In this document: positions 8,628-18,688 of the stretch, one piece after another
Layout: every line of letters starts with the position of its first letter
How positions within the stretch are numbered: the first letter of the stretch is position 1
From: a virus
Length of the DNA: 64,000 nt
IMG/VR virus record: IMGVR_UViG_3300042566_000762
Span: 1 to 64,000 of that record
Direction: 5' to 3' (one strand)
The notes under the pieces: model-generated
What the model saw: only the letters and a program-made list of their open reading frames with translations
What the model was told of the DNA's origin: nothing
Database searches by the model: none
Program-made: the position numbers and the translations under genes

Positions 8628-11600
8628 CTATTTGTTTTCTAAATCCTTTATTTTTACTGATAATTCTTTAATTGCTTCAATTAATAATGGAATAATTTTT
8701 TCATATTGAACTGCCTTATATCCGTTATCTCTATTTGTCACAATTTGTGGAAGGATTTCTTCAATTTCTTGTGCAATTACTCCAACATCATTTCCTTCAA
8801 AACCATGATATTCTTTTAATTCTTCTTTCCAATCAAATGTGTTACCACTAATTTGATTTACTTTTTCTAAAGCGTTTGGAATCGGAATAATATTTTCTTT
8901 TAAGTTTCTATCTGAAGTTGAGAATGCTACGATGTCACCACTTGCATCAATTCTACCTGCAGTTGCTGATGCGGCCATACCTACTCCTAATGAGTTATGT
9001 CTAACATCCGATGTTGTTAATAAATTTTGATTAATAACACTACCATATCCAGTTGTTGATGATAATGTTATTTGTGCAGAACCGGTAACAACCGAACCCA
9101 TTGAAATTCTAATTGCATCCGTAGATATAGAACCTCCTAAAGTTACCGATGTTCCTGCAATTGTAATGGTTTTGTTAGAACCCAATGATGCCCCATCTAT
9201 TTGTGCCGAACCCGAAACGATACCGGCTGGTAATGCTGTTGTAATTTGTGAAGAACCTGAAATTACACCATCACCACCTGCTCTTAATAATTTTAATTCA
9301 CTTCCTAATGTTCCCGCTTTCCAATAATCATTTGTAGAATCCCATAATAATGAACCGGAAATAGTAGAAGCACCCGTTGGGTCTTTAACTAATAATCCGC
9401 CATTTGCTACACCACTACCATTTAATTCAATAATATTATCTCCAATATTAAGAGTTGTTGAATCAATTTGAGTAGTTGTTCCTTTTATGGTTAGATTACC
9501 ATTAATTGTTACATCTATACCACTTGCAGTGATTGCAGCATTAAGTGATGATGTAAATGTATTTAATGACGTATTACCATTACTTGCACTAAATGCGTTT
9601 AATGATGATGTACTTTCTTCAATTCTATTTAATCTTGCATTTGCAGACGATGTGAAGTTTTGTAAAGATGCGGTTGCTAAATTTATTGCTACCAATGCTG
9701 TTCCAATATTGCCTGGGTCTAAAGTAGTTACAGTATATTCTACCGCATCCAATCTACTATCTACCGATTGACTAAATGTATTATATGTAGATGATGTAAA
9801 TAAATTTAAAGATTCAGTATGGGAGTTATATGATGCAGTTATATTTGATAATGTCGTAAATCTGCCATCAATACTTGCAGTATAAGTTCCTAATGTTACG
9901 GCTTTATTTTCTAAACTATCAATTCTATCTTCATGATTTGATGCAGTATTAAATAATTCAACTATACTTGCAGTTGCTGAACCTGTAAATGCGTTGTAAG
10001 AAGAAGTTATATTTGAAATAACAACATCTTTTTCATTTTGAGAACCAGTCCAACTATTTAAGTCCAAAATATGACCATTAACGCTTGCAGTATACAAATG
10101 TATAGATGAAGTAAATGAATTCATAGACGCAGTATATGCTGATATGATTACATTTTTTGACTCTTCCGATGCTGTAAATACATTTAAAGAATGTGTATGT
10201 TGATTTATAGATTGAGTATGTTGATTTATACTCGCTGAAGTTATTTGTAAATTGGACAATCTACTATCTACCGATGTTGAGTAATTTTCAACACTTGCAT
10301 TGTTTAAACCTGCGATTGTAGATGAACTTATTTCTCCTAAAACACCAAGTTTTGTATTAAAATATAATCTTTGATTGGAATCTTCCCAACTCATTGAAAC
10401 ATTTGCTCCTGCTATGTTTAACCCAGCTCCATCTGCGATTCCAGATGTTGTTGAACCACTGGCCAATGTTATACTTTTATCTTCAATAAAAGTTTCGGTT
10501 GTATTTAATGATGTTTGTATACCATCTACAATTAAGTTTCCTTTGATTCTAGTATCACCACCAGTTACATCAATTGCGGTTTTTAATGAAGATGTATATG
10601 ATTCAATATTATCTAATCTTATTTCGTGATTTGAACCCGTCCATTCCAAATCATCCAATCTTGCATCAACACTTCCACTAATTGTATCTATATATGTTTT
10701 AACTGCGTATTGTGTTGGAACTGTATCTTCACCTGTAATTCCTTGTGCGTTTAATAAAGTTGTATTATTACTAACTTCATTTAATACAACACCCACACCT
10801 ACTCCGTTTCTTTTGAATGGGCCTATTGCACTTAATCCTGATAAATTAAATTGGTTTGCATCAATTGTAACTTCTCCAGTCAATTGATTTACTGCAAAGA
10901 AATCACCAATTTTTAAATTACCTATATTGTCAACTGTTGAATAAAATACTCTACCTGGAGCATATTCAACAATTTCTCTATTTCTATTTGGAACTCCACC
11001 GAATTTTGGAAGTGCGTTGTATGTAACACCACTACCAACATATTCCATTACCAATCCACCCGTTGAGATGTTTGATAATTGGTGGAAATAAACTCTATCT
11101 CCCGTTGTAATTGAAGGTGGAGATGGGTATACCGAAACATATCTTTCATTCGCACTACTTCCGGTTGCAACATTTGTTACCAAATAATCTGTTCCATCCA
11201 AAATCATATTTGAAGAAACATCAACACCTCTACTTCCACTTTCTAATTGGAATAATATTGCAGCAATACCACTAATTTCAGCTTTTCCTGCCACAGTTGT
11301 AGCTTGTATTGCACCTGGACCAGTTGGTGCTGCAATTGTAACTGTTGGTTGTGATTTATATCCACTACCAGGAGTTAAAATTACAATTTCATCAATTGAA
11401 CCATTTGCATTAACAGTTGCTTCTGCGGTTGCATTTACACTTGCTTCACCACCGGTAATAATAACACTTGCAACTGAACCCGTATAACCTGCTCCGTCTT
11501 GTTGAATAACTGCACCAACTACTGTTGATGTTAATGTTTGTGAAGAAGAACCTGTATTATATGTTTGTGGGAAATAAGTTTTAGATACTAAACCTTTTGC

Positions 11601-13052
11601 TCCAAAGTCAATTACTGAATTTGAAATATTTGCAAAACCACCATTTACTACTTTGAAACCATAGGTACAAAATGTAGTAAAACACGATACAAATTGCGCA
11701 TATCCTTTGTTGATTACCAAATGACCAGGTCCACCTTGATTTACCTGTGTAAACGCATCCGCGACAAACGATTCTAGTGGTGACAATGGATGTACTAAGT
11801 TACCATCTATTCTAATACCACCACCAGCACCTTGTTCATCAATTTGCAAAGCAGTTATATCATATGGTAAAGCCGCTTGAACTTTTACTCCACTTGTATT
11901 AAATGGACCTGTAATAGACGAACAGTTTTGAATGTATGGTGAGGTTGTAATTAAAGGTCTTTTAGATGTTGGTGATTGAATAGATACATGTGGTTTTTCA
12001 CCCGCCACATATCCACTACCATTACTTACCATATTAATAGAAAGAGTTCCACCACTTACGGTTGCAGTTGCTGTGGCGACTGTTCCACCCGCATCAGGTC
12101 CTTCAATGATTACATTTACATTTTCTCCATTTTGATATCCGGTTGCAGTATGTATCATTGTCAATCCACTTACCCCACCGCCACTTATTGTTGCGGTTGC
12201 AGTAGAACATGGAAATGAGAATGCAAATGAAGGATATTTTAAATCTAAAAATCTCAAACCATAAAAATAGTTTGAATCATGTACATGGAAGAAATCTTTT
12301 GTAGGATTTGCTGCGGTTAATCTTACTGTTCTTAATGTATCACCAACGATTGCAACTCCAGGAGGAACTACGATTGGGTTTTGTTCAGTATAATTACCAC
12401 TACCTACAAATATTGTATATCTTTTTATATTTGTATATTCAGGTGAACCCAATGATTCAACTGCTGCTTTAATTGTTCTAAATGGAACGGATGGGTCAGA
12501 ACCATCATTACTATCACTACCACTTGGAGAAACATATAATCTATATGAACCAGACATTGCATTATCATACAAAGAAGAACTTAATTCTAATAAATCCAAT
12601 CTACTATCTACTGATGTTGAGAAGGAGGTTGGGTCACCCATTCCGTATATTGAGCCTGTATAAGCCGAACCTGAAATTCTATCTATGTAGGCGTTTGCCC
12701 ATATTTTGTTAGTTGAACCAATATCCCAAGTTTTATGAGGGTTTGGTATTAAATTGGATGTAAATTCACCGGTTGCGGTAATTGTATCGGAACCACTATT
12801 TCCTAAAATTAAATTTCCAGATATGTGTAAATTACCACTAATAAACATATTAGAAGCAGTAATATCTCCAGATGCAGAAATTCCTCCTTTTAAATATAGT
12901 GAACCAGTATTTAGTTCATCTAATTTAGCTAAAGTAATTTCTCTTTCTCCTACTGCGTATTGTAACGAATCAGGTCCTTTGTTTACATATAATTCACCAT
13001 CCACTAAAGATACTGAACCCGACCCCCTTCTTAATTGAAATATAGCTGCCAT
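8628..13052 (-). CDS. Large fibre/spike: Mtd-N-like anchor, pectin-lyase-like beta-helix, coiled coil, S74 chaperone
   Basis: YVSPSGSDSNDG..PFRTIKAA, VGDTLR, SPYIQNC, FTQVNQGG; GSGY repeats; SDRNLKENI...GVIAQE. Confidence 0.88.
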   Translation of the reverse strand: MAAIFQLRRGSGSVSLVDGELYVNKGPDSLQYAVGEREITLAKLDELNTGSLYLKGGISASGDITASNMFISGNLHISGNLILGNSGSDTITATGEFTSNLIPNPHKTWDIGSTNKIWANAYIDRISGSAYTGSIYGMGDPTSFSTSVDSRLDLLELSSSLYDNAMSGSYRLYVSPSGSDSNDGSDPSVPFRTIKAAVESLGSPEYTNIKRYTIFVGSGNYTEQNPIVVPPGVAIVGDTLRTVRLTAANPTKDFFHVHDSNYFYGLRFLDLKYPSFAFSFPCSTATATISGGGVSGLTMIHTATGYQNGENVNVIIEGPDAGGTVATATATVSGGTLSINMVSNGSGYVAGEKPHVSIQSPTSKRPLITTSPYIQNCSSITGPFNTSGVKVQAALPYDITALQIDEQGAGGGIRIDGNLVHPLSPLESFVADAFTQVNQGGPGHLVINKGYAQFVSCFTTFCTYGFKVVNGGFANISNSVIDFGAKGLVSKTYFPQTYNTGSSSQTLTSTVVGAVIQQDGAGYTGSVASVIITGGEASVNATAEATVNANGSIDEIVILTPGSGYKSQPTVTIAAPTGPGAIQATTVAGKAEISGIAAILFQLESGSRGVDVSSNMILDGTDYLVTNVATGSSANERYVSVYPSPPSITTGDRVYFHQLSNISTGGLVMEYVGSGVTYNALPKFGGVPNRNREIVEYAPGRVFYSTVDNIGNLKIGDFFAVNQLTGEVTIDANQFNLSGLSAIGPFKRNGVGVGVVLNEVSNNTTLLNAQGITGEDTVPTQYAVKTYIDTISGSVDARLDDLEWTGSNHEIRLDNIESYTSSLKTAIDVTGGDTRIKGNLIVDGIQTSLNTTETFIEDKSITLASGSTTSGIADGAGLNIAGANVSMSWEDSNQRLYFNTKLGVLGEISSSTIAGLNNASVENYSTSVDSRLSNLQITSASINQHTQSINQHTHSLNVFTASEESKNVIISAYTASMNSFTSSIHLYTASVNGHILDLNSWTGSQNEKDVVISNITSSYNAFTGSATASIVELFNTASNHEDRIDSLENKAVTLGTYTASIDGRFTTLSNITASYNSHTESLNLFTSSTYNTFSQSVDSRLDAVEYTVTTLDPGNIGTALVAINLATASLQNFTSSANARLNRIEESTSSLNAFSASNGNTSLNTFTSSLNAAITASGIDVTINGNLTIKGTTTQIDSTTLNIGDNIIELNGSGVANGGLLVKDPTGASTISGSLLWDSTNDYWKAGTLGSELKLLRAGGDGVISGSSQITTALPAGIVSGSAQIDGASLGSNKTITIAGTSVTLGGSISTDAIRISMGSVVTGSAQITLSSTTGYGSVINQNLLTTSDVRHNSLGVGMAASATAGRIDASGDIVAFSTSDRNLKENIIPIPNALEKVNQISGNTFDWKEELKEYHGFEGNDVGVIAQEIEEILPQIVTNRDNGYKAVQYEKIIPLLIEAIKELSVKIKDLENK

Positions 13053-13079
13053 TTAATTCTATTATGTTTCTTATAAATA

Positions 13080-13355
13080 TTAAGGTTTTGGATTATTCTC
13101 CTTTACTTCTTTTATTGAGTTAAACCATTCACCATTTGTTGATAAACTTCCACTTTGATTTAGTTCATGCCATAACATATCCAATTGATTTCCAATAGTT
13201 GGATAACTGTTCACACGAAGTGCGTCATATGGTATTTGATAATTTGGGTCAGGTAATTGATTTGGGTCATCAAATACTTCAGTCCAATTTTCTTGTGGGT
13301 CACCTTGTAATAACCAATGGTATGCACCTTCGTTGTCTATAAATTTTCTATTCAT
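13080..13355 (-). CDS. Small tail-fibre-associated protein
   Basis: YDALRVNSYPTIGNQLDMLWHE...IKEVKENNPKP pattern, common next to phage fibre genes. Confidence 0.6.
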   Translation of the reverse strand: MNRKFIDNEGAYHWLLQGDPQENWTEVFDDPNQLPDPNYQIPYDALRVNSYPTIGNQLDMLWHELNQSGSLSTNGEWFNSIKEVKENNPKP

Positions 13356-13366
13356 AATATAATTTT

Positions 13367-13825
13367 TTAATAATAATTTCCCGAATTGTCTGTTTGAATT
13401 GCAGCAGTTACACTTAATTTATAATGAGTTGTATCTGTTCTTGTTGCATATGCATTTAACATAAATCCATTGTAATAATGTGAATTTGCATATGCTCTAA
13501 TTACACAATACCCATCCGATGATTTATAAACACCATTTGCACTCATTCCACCATAAATATTCTGTAATCCAACATTATAAGTATATCCAGGAGCAGCGCC
13601 GTAGCTCCATTGGAATCCCCATGCACATCTAATTGCCGTTCCGTTTCCATAATTGAATCCAACTGCCTCAATCATATACATAGTATCTATTCCAGCTCCT
13701 AAATTTAATTTCATATGAATATACAATGGTGAACCACTACCAGTAAAAAAATTATAAAAATTCCTTTGTTGTAATGACCAATCATTATAATTATATACCC
13801 CCATCGATTGTGCTAACTGTGCCAT
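13367..13825 (-). CDS. Fibre-associated Tyr/Gly/Asn-rich protein, paralog 3 of 3
   Basis: Shares H.K.N, M.MIEAVG..YG, RC.W, GVY.S..Y..IRA and C-terminal GNYY with its neighbours. Confidence 0.7.
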   Translation of the reverse strand: MAQLAQSMGVYNYNDWSLQQRNFYNFFTGSGSPLYIHMKLNLGAGIDTMYMIEAVGFNYGNGTAIRCAWGFQWSYGAAPGYTYNVGLQNIYGGMSANGVYKSSDGYCVIRAYANSHYYNGFMLNAYATRTDTTHYKLSVTAAIQTDNSGNYY

Positions 13826-13827
13826 AA

Positions 13828-14262
13828 TTAATAATATCCTCCTGATGTTGAATTTTGTGAAACTCTTCTTATTGACATTGGTTGTTGTGCACCATTACCT
13901 GCTACCATATATGAATTTAATGTAAACCCCAAATAATATGGTGATGATGTATATGCCCTAATAACAACATAACCCGCACTACCATAATAAACACCATCTG
14001 CACTCATTCCGGTATAATTTGTGTTATTTGTATTTGAAATGATATAAGCATATGAATAACAATTCCAAGAACATCTAACAGGATTAGATGTCCCATAACA
14101 ATATCCAACCGCTTCCAACATAAACATTATATTCGAAGATGGATGTGTTATATTAGTTTCCATATGAATATAATTACCAGATGATGACCCATTTGAAAAT
14201 TGAAATATTCCCAATTGTTGATATCCACTTTCTATATTTGTTGATTGTGATAGTCTAGACAT
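13828..14262 (-). CDS. Fibre-associated Tyr/Gly/Asn-rich protein, paralog 2 of 3 (start reassigned to MSRLSQ)
   Basis: ATG at 14262 overlaps the upstream stop (TAATG); same motifs as neighbours. Confidence 0.7.
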   Translation of the reverse strand: MSRLSQSTNIESGYQQLGIFQFSNGSSSGNYIHMETNITHPSSNIMFMLEAVGYCYGTSNPVRCSWNCYSYAYIISNTNNTNYTGMSADGVYYGSAGYVVIRAYTSSPYYLGFTLNSYMVAGNGAQQPMSIRRVSQNSTSGGYY

Positions 14263-14681
14263 TAGTAATAATTTCCTGCGTTTGAGTTTTGAGATACTGC
14301 TGTGAATTGGACATTCCATCCATTACCAGCTGCCAATGTATATGCATTAAAACACCATCCACTAAAATAAGAAGCGGCACTGGCTCTAATACAAATACGA
14401 CTATCAGATGAAACATATACACCATGTGCGGTCAATCCTCCATAAACCGTCGCAGTATTTGCATTTACCAAATAATCATAAGAATACCCAACCCAACTTG
14501 CTCTAATTGGTGCGTTTGCTCCATATGCATATCCAATTGCTTCAATCATAAACATCACATATGTTGCAAGTGGTATGTTTGTTTTATAGTGAAAATATGT
14601 ATCACCACCATAAAATCTATGTTGATAAATTTCATATTGGACACCCGTTCCGACTTTTGTATTTGCTAAAAGATTTGCCAT
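14262..14681 (-). CDS. Fibre-associated Tyr/Gly/Asn-rich protein, paralog 1 of 3
   Basis: FHYKTNI..MFMIEAIGYAYG..IRASW..GVYVSSD..IRA..NSNAGNYY. Confidence 0.7.
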   Translation of the reverse strand: MANLLANTKVGTGVQYEIYQHRFYGGDTYFHYKTNIPLATYVMFMIEAIGYAYGANAPIRASWVGYSYDYLVNANTATVYGGLTAHGVYVSSDSRICIRASAASYFSGWCFNAYTLAAGNGWNVQFTAVSQNSNAGNYY

Positions 14682-16276
14682 TATTTAATTAAAGATTTAA
14701 GTTCTTCAATTTGTTTCTGTTGTTCTTTTATTGCTTCAATTAATACACCTACGATTCTACCATATGATACGGAGTCTATTTCACCTTCTTCATTTTTGAT
14801 TACGACTTCAGGTAAAACATCATAAACTTCTTCTGCAATTACACCCATTTCTTTTACACCATTATCCTTTTTATCATATGTAACACCTCTCATTTGAAGA
14901 ACTTTATCTAAACCATATTTTATAGTTTCAACATTTTCTTTATATCGTATTGATGAGTTTTCGGTTAAAGTTCCACCAACTATTAAATTTTCTTTAATCC
15001 AAACTCTACCATCATTTCTAACTTCCATAGAAGCTGCACCGGTATCTACTCCTGAAAATGCCACTCCTTCGTTTGCACCACCACCATTATATAATAAATT
15101 TTTTAATCCAGAACCTAAATTTGCAGTAGAAGTAGTTGTTCTAACTTGTAAAAACCAAGAATTTGGTTCATTGTTAAATACAATTTTATTTGTACCAGGT
15201 ATATTAATATTACCATTTGAAGTGATGGATGCGAATGTTGGTGAAGATGTGGTTAATACCGCTTGGTTTAATACCGAACCATATCCGGTTGTTGATGATA
15301 ATGTTATTTGAGAACTACCACTTACTAAAGTAGGAAGGGAACTAATTCCACTAAAAGTTATTTGTGAACTACCACTAACAATACCGTTACCTTTTGTTTC
15401 ATAACTTCCGGTAACACTTTCAATTGAGGTTAATCTTGCATTTTGTGTAGTATTAATTGTATCATTTGAACCTGTGTAAGTGTTTAATGATGATAATATT
15501 CCAACTATTTGTGAAGAACCTGATACAATTCCACTACCTTTTGTTTCATAACTTCCTGTTACACTTTCAATATTGTTTAATCTATTATTACTTCCTGTAT
15601 AAAACGATGCAAATGTACTATCATTTGAAGTATCTACGGAATTGATTAAACTAACTATTTCAACAAATGTATCTTTGTCCACATCTGCTGCTGATAGGAT
15701 TGCATCTACTCTATTTTTTTCAGTTATAATTCTTGTATCCAAAGAAGAACTTAATGTTGATAAATTAACTCCATTAACATTTCCAGTTGTAGTAATAGAA
15801 CCTGTAATTCCTAAATCATTTCCAAATTGAATTGCATTACCATCCGATGAAAGTAGTTTATTACCACTATAAATGGTCATAGTTCCTTTAATACCAATCA
15901 CACCATTAGTAGGGTCTAAAATTACATCACCACCTCCAGATGTCTTTAATTCAATATTTCCATCTGCTGATTGTAATATAATATTATCACTACCCGCTTC
16001 TAAGATTTTTATAGATTGACCATTGTCAGTTGTAATTTGTAATTCATTTCCAGTTGAACCTAAGACTTTTTGTCCATCAATGTATAGAGAACCTGATGAC
16101 AAATATAAGTGTCTAAATTGTTTTGTTTCACTACCTAAATCATATGTGTTATTTATTGCAGGTATAATTGACCCACTATAAGTTTGTGTTCCAACAAATG
16201 TATTTGACCCAGTTGTTGGTAAGGAATTACTTACTAAGGCTTTAGTTGAATTTAATATATTTCTTATTACTGACAT
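14681..16276 (-). CDS. Fibre protein with S74 chaperone
   Basis: SSIRYKENV...GVIAEEV..VLPEVV...VSYGRIVGVLIEAIKE; N-terminal module shared with 18689..21739. Confidence 0.85.
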   Translation of the reverse strand: MSVIRNILNSTKALVSNSLPTTGSNTFVGTQTYSGSIIPAINNTYDLGSETKQFRHLYLSSGSLYIDGQKVLGSTGNELQITTDNGQSIKILEAGSDNIILQSADGNIELKTSGGGDVILDPTNGVIGIKGTMTIYSGNKLLSSDGNAIQFGNDLGITGSITTTGNVNGVNLSTLSSSLDTRIITEKNRVDAILSAADVDKDTFVEIVSLINSVDTSNDSTFASFYTGSNNRLNNIESVTGSYETKGSGIVSGSSQIVGILSSLNTYTGSNDTINTTQNARLTSIESVTGSYETKGNGIVSGSSQITFSGISSLPTLVSGSSQITLSSTTGYGSVLNQAVLTTSSPTFASITSNGNINIPGTNKIVFNNEPNSWFLQVRTTTSTANLGSGLKNLLYNGGGANEGVAFSGVDTGAASMEVRNDGRVWIKENLIVGGTLTENSSIRYKENVETIKYGLDKVLQMRGVTYDKKDNGVKEMGVIAEEVYDVLPEVVIKNEEGEIDSVSYGRIVGVLIEAIKEQQKQIEELKSLIK

Positions 16277-16312
16277 TATACTCTTTGTTTATATATAAAT
16301 ATTATTTTTTTA

Positions 16313-17089
16313 TTATAGTCCGAATCTACTTTTTTGTGCGTTGTAATTTTGTAAAACTTCTCCGGCACTTATTCCTCTACTATATACTCTAAATAAGCCC
16401 ATTCTACATGCACCATAATATCCATCATAGTTTCCTGCAATTCTTCCTATTGCTATACCATTACCTGCAGTAGATGTTGGATAATTTGGACCAGATGTTT
16501 GTCCTCTACCTGAAATCGAATTTGCTAATACACCATTTACATAACAACTGACTGTGCTTGGGCTAATTCCTGTTCCTGTTTTTGACCAAACAACATGGAC
16601 ATATGTATTCAACGGATAATCTACCTGACTATCTACACGAGATGAATCCCATAAATCCATATGTATTCTATTATCGGTAGGAGTCCATCCTTGTACGGCC
16701 AATCCTTGCGTACCCCCTTGTCCTAATCCCCAGTAAGCACCTGTTGTTCCAACTAAAGTAGCCGTTCTTTTTACAAAAAATTCAATTGTAAAATTTGGGT
16801 CACCATTTAGTATTGTTGAATTTATATTTGCTTGAACATATTGATTACTTCCATTAAAATTAAGTGAACCATTTCCATCCGATGAACTAAATGTTGGTGA
16901 ATTATATAATGTACCATGATTACCATTTCCACTTAAATCTGTCCAAGTTGTACCTGAACCTGCATATGAATTTTTATTAGCAGCATCTAAATGTAATACC
17001 AATCCATCATTTGATATTTGTTTTACAATTTCACCCTTTGGGCCGATTGATGTACTATATAATTTATTTCCCGTTAAATCTAATCCCAT
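16313..17089 (-). CDS. LamG/ConA-like lectin domain protein (start reassigned to MGLDL)
   Basis: GLVLHLDAANKNSYAGSGTTWTDLSGNGNHGTL...NYNAQKSRFGL. Confidence 0.85.
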   Translation of the reverse strand: MGLDLTGNKLYSTSIGPKGEIVKQISNDGLVLHLDAANKNSYAGSGTTWTDLSGNGNHGTLYNSPTFSSSDGNGSLNFNGSNQYVQANINSTILNGDPNFTIEFFVKRTATLVGTTGAYWGLGQGGTQGLAVQGWTPTDNRIHMDLWDSSRVDSQVDYPLNTYVHVVWSKTGTGISPSTVSCYVNGVLANSISGRGQTSGPNYPTSTAGNGIAIGRIAGNYDGYYGACRMGLFRVYSRGISAGEVLQNYNAQKSRFGL

Positions 17090-17090
17090 A

Positions 17091-17687
17091 TTATAATATA
17101 TAAATTTCTGATATTGTACAATATGAACCACCACCGGTGGAATTACAAGACCTTCCGTGGCCTACACCTGCAATATTACTATTATTTCTTCTCATAAACA
17201 TATAAAAAGATTTAACACCACTATATCTCATAAAATTAGTTGATTCGTTATCACATGCACCGGTTTGTACATTAAATTGTGTATTTTCAAATGCATTTGA
17301 TGCATCCCAACGAAATATAATGTCACCTAATCCAGTATTATAAGATGCTAAGTTAGGTGATAGTCCACCATAACCACTTTGATTGAACGTCCAACAAGCG
17401 GCAGTTCCTTCGTTTGTAAATTTACAAAGTATTCTTGACCAAGGAATTGTATTTTTTATTGTAAAATATAAACCAGAATCGGCGCCACCACATCCACCTA
17501 AATTAAAATAATAAGATATTGAATACCCACCGGTACTATCATTACCTTGTGATGTGATTGTACAGTTTTGATTTACAACACTATCTATCATATCACTTGT
17601 AACTCTTTTAAAATTTTTTGGTAATATAACCCCATCTGGCGTTAACATTGATGACGATAAAGTAGAACCTCCTATATTAAATCCCAT
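17091..17687 (-). CDS. Cys/Gly-rich fibre-associated hypothetical protein
   Basis: 198-aa ORF tightly coupled in the fibre operon; N-terminus MGFNIGG resembles neighbours MGLDLTG and MPIDLNG. Confidence 0.6.
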   Translation of the reverse strand: MGFNIGGSTLSSSMLTPDGVILPKNFKRVTSDMIDSVVNQNCTITSQGNDSTGGYSISYYFNLGGCGGADSGLYFTIKNTIPWSRILCKFTNEGTAACWTFNQSGYGGLSPNLASYNTGLGDIIFRWDASNAFENTQFNVQTGACDNESTNFMRYSGVKSFYMFMRRNNSNIAGVGHGRSCNSTGGGSYCTISEIYIL

Positions 17688-17699
17688 AGTTATTTTATT

Positions 17700-18464
17700 T
17701 TATAATCCAAATCTAGATTTAGTTGCATAATAATTTGATAATACTTCCGCATTATTAAGTGCTTTATTATATATTCTTACAAATCCAATATCTCCGTTAT
17801 GCCATGCACTACTTGCTGTTGGTGGTACACCTGAACCTAAATATGAACCAATACTAATACCCGGTGTTGATGCCACCGCTCCAGTACTTTGTGATGACCT
17901 ACCTGTTAAAACTCCATTAAGATGCAATTTTGTATATGTTCCATCACATGTTGCACAAATGTGATACCAAGTACCAGTACTTACTACAATTCCTGATGAT
18001 ACATTACCAAATCCACTACCCAATTCAAATATCAAACGATTACTACTAGCACCCGCATATCCATATGCTAGTAATGCTAATCCACCATTTGTGCCAATAT
18101 CTCTACCCATTGACATTAAATATCTACCACCTGCTGCCACACCATTATCAGTAAATCTTGCCATTACTTCCATTGATAATTTTGTTGTAGGTGGATTATT
18201 TACTGATGATTTATAGATGTATTGATTTGAACCATTTAATGTAAAAATACCACTATTTGTAGAACTAAATGTTGGTGAATTAAAGGTTGTTAAATTATTT
18301 GCAGATGGACTTAAATCCGTCAAAGTAGTTCCACTACCTATATACGAATCCTTATCAGCTACATCTACATACATAATCAACCCATCGGTAATAATTGTAT
18401 TACTGAATGTACTTCCTGTAATTGAAGTTGATGATATTATATTTCCATTTAAGTCTATTGGCAT
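17700..18464 (-). CDS. LamG/ConA-like lectin domain protein
   Basis: GLIMYVDVADKDSYIGSG..DLS, WYHICATCDG, VRIYNKAL..NYYATKSRFGL. Confidence 0.85.
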   Translation of the reverse strand: MPIDLNGNIISSTSITGSTFSNTIITDGLIMYVDVADKDSYIGSGTTLTDLSPSANNLTTFNSPTFSSTNSGIFTLNGSNQYIYKSSVNNPPTTKLSMEVMARFTDNGVAAGGRYLMSMGRDIGTNGGLALLAYGYAGASSNRLIFELGSGFGNVSSGIVVSTGTWYHICATCDGTYTKLHLNGVLTGRSSQSTGAVASTPGISIGSYLGSGVPPTASSAWHNGDIGFVRIYNKALNNAEVLSNYYATKSRFGL

Positions 18465-18466
18465 AA

Positions 18467-18685
18467 TTAAAAATCGTTTGTTTCTTTTATTTTCAATTCT
18501 CTACCGATATATCTACTATCATTCAATAGTTCTAGTCTTTTATTTTCAGCTTCTTCCAAAGTATCATATACAAACATTTCATCGTTTTCAATACAAATAC
18601 ATTTTGTTATGAAATTCATATTCTCATCATAATCAGGTGTGCCTTTCAACGATGGTAATAATTCTTTCAATATAATATATTTCAT
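18467..18685 (-). CDS. Hypothetical protein
   Basis: 72-aa ORF filling the gap between coupled genes. Confidence 0.6.
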   Translation of the reverse strand: MKYIILKELLPSLKGTPDYDENMNFITKCICIENDEMFVYDTLEEAENKRLELLNDSRYIGRELKIKETNDF

Positions 18686-18688
18686 AAC

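Noticed and set aside
14263-14319. ORF-track N-terminal extensions (13828..14319, also 16313..17134 and 53409..53969)
   Set aside because: They overlap upstream genes; downstream ATGs at 14262, 17089 and 53951 give coupled starts
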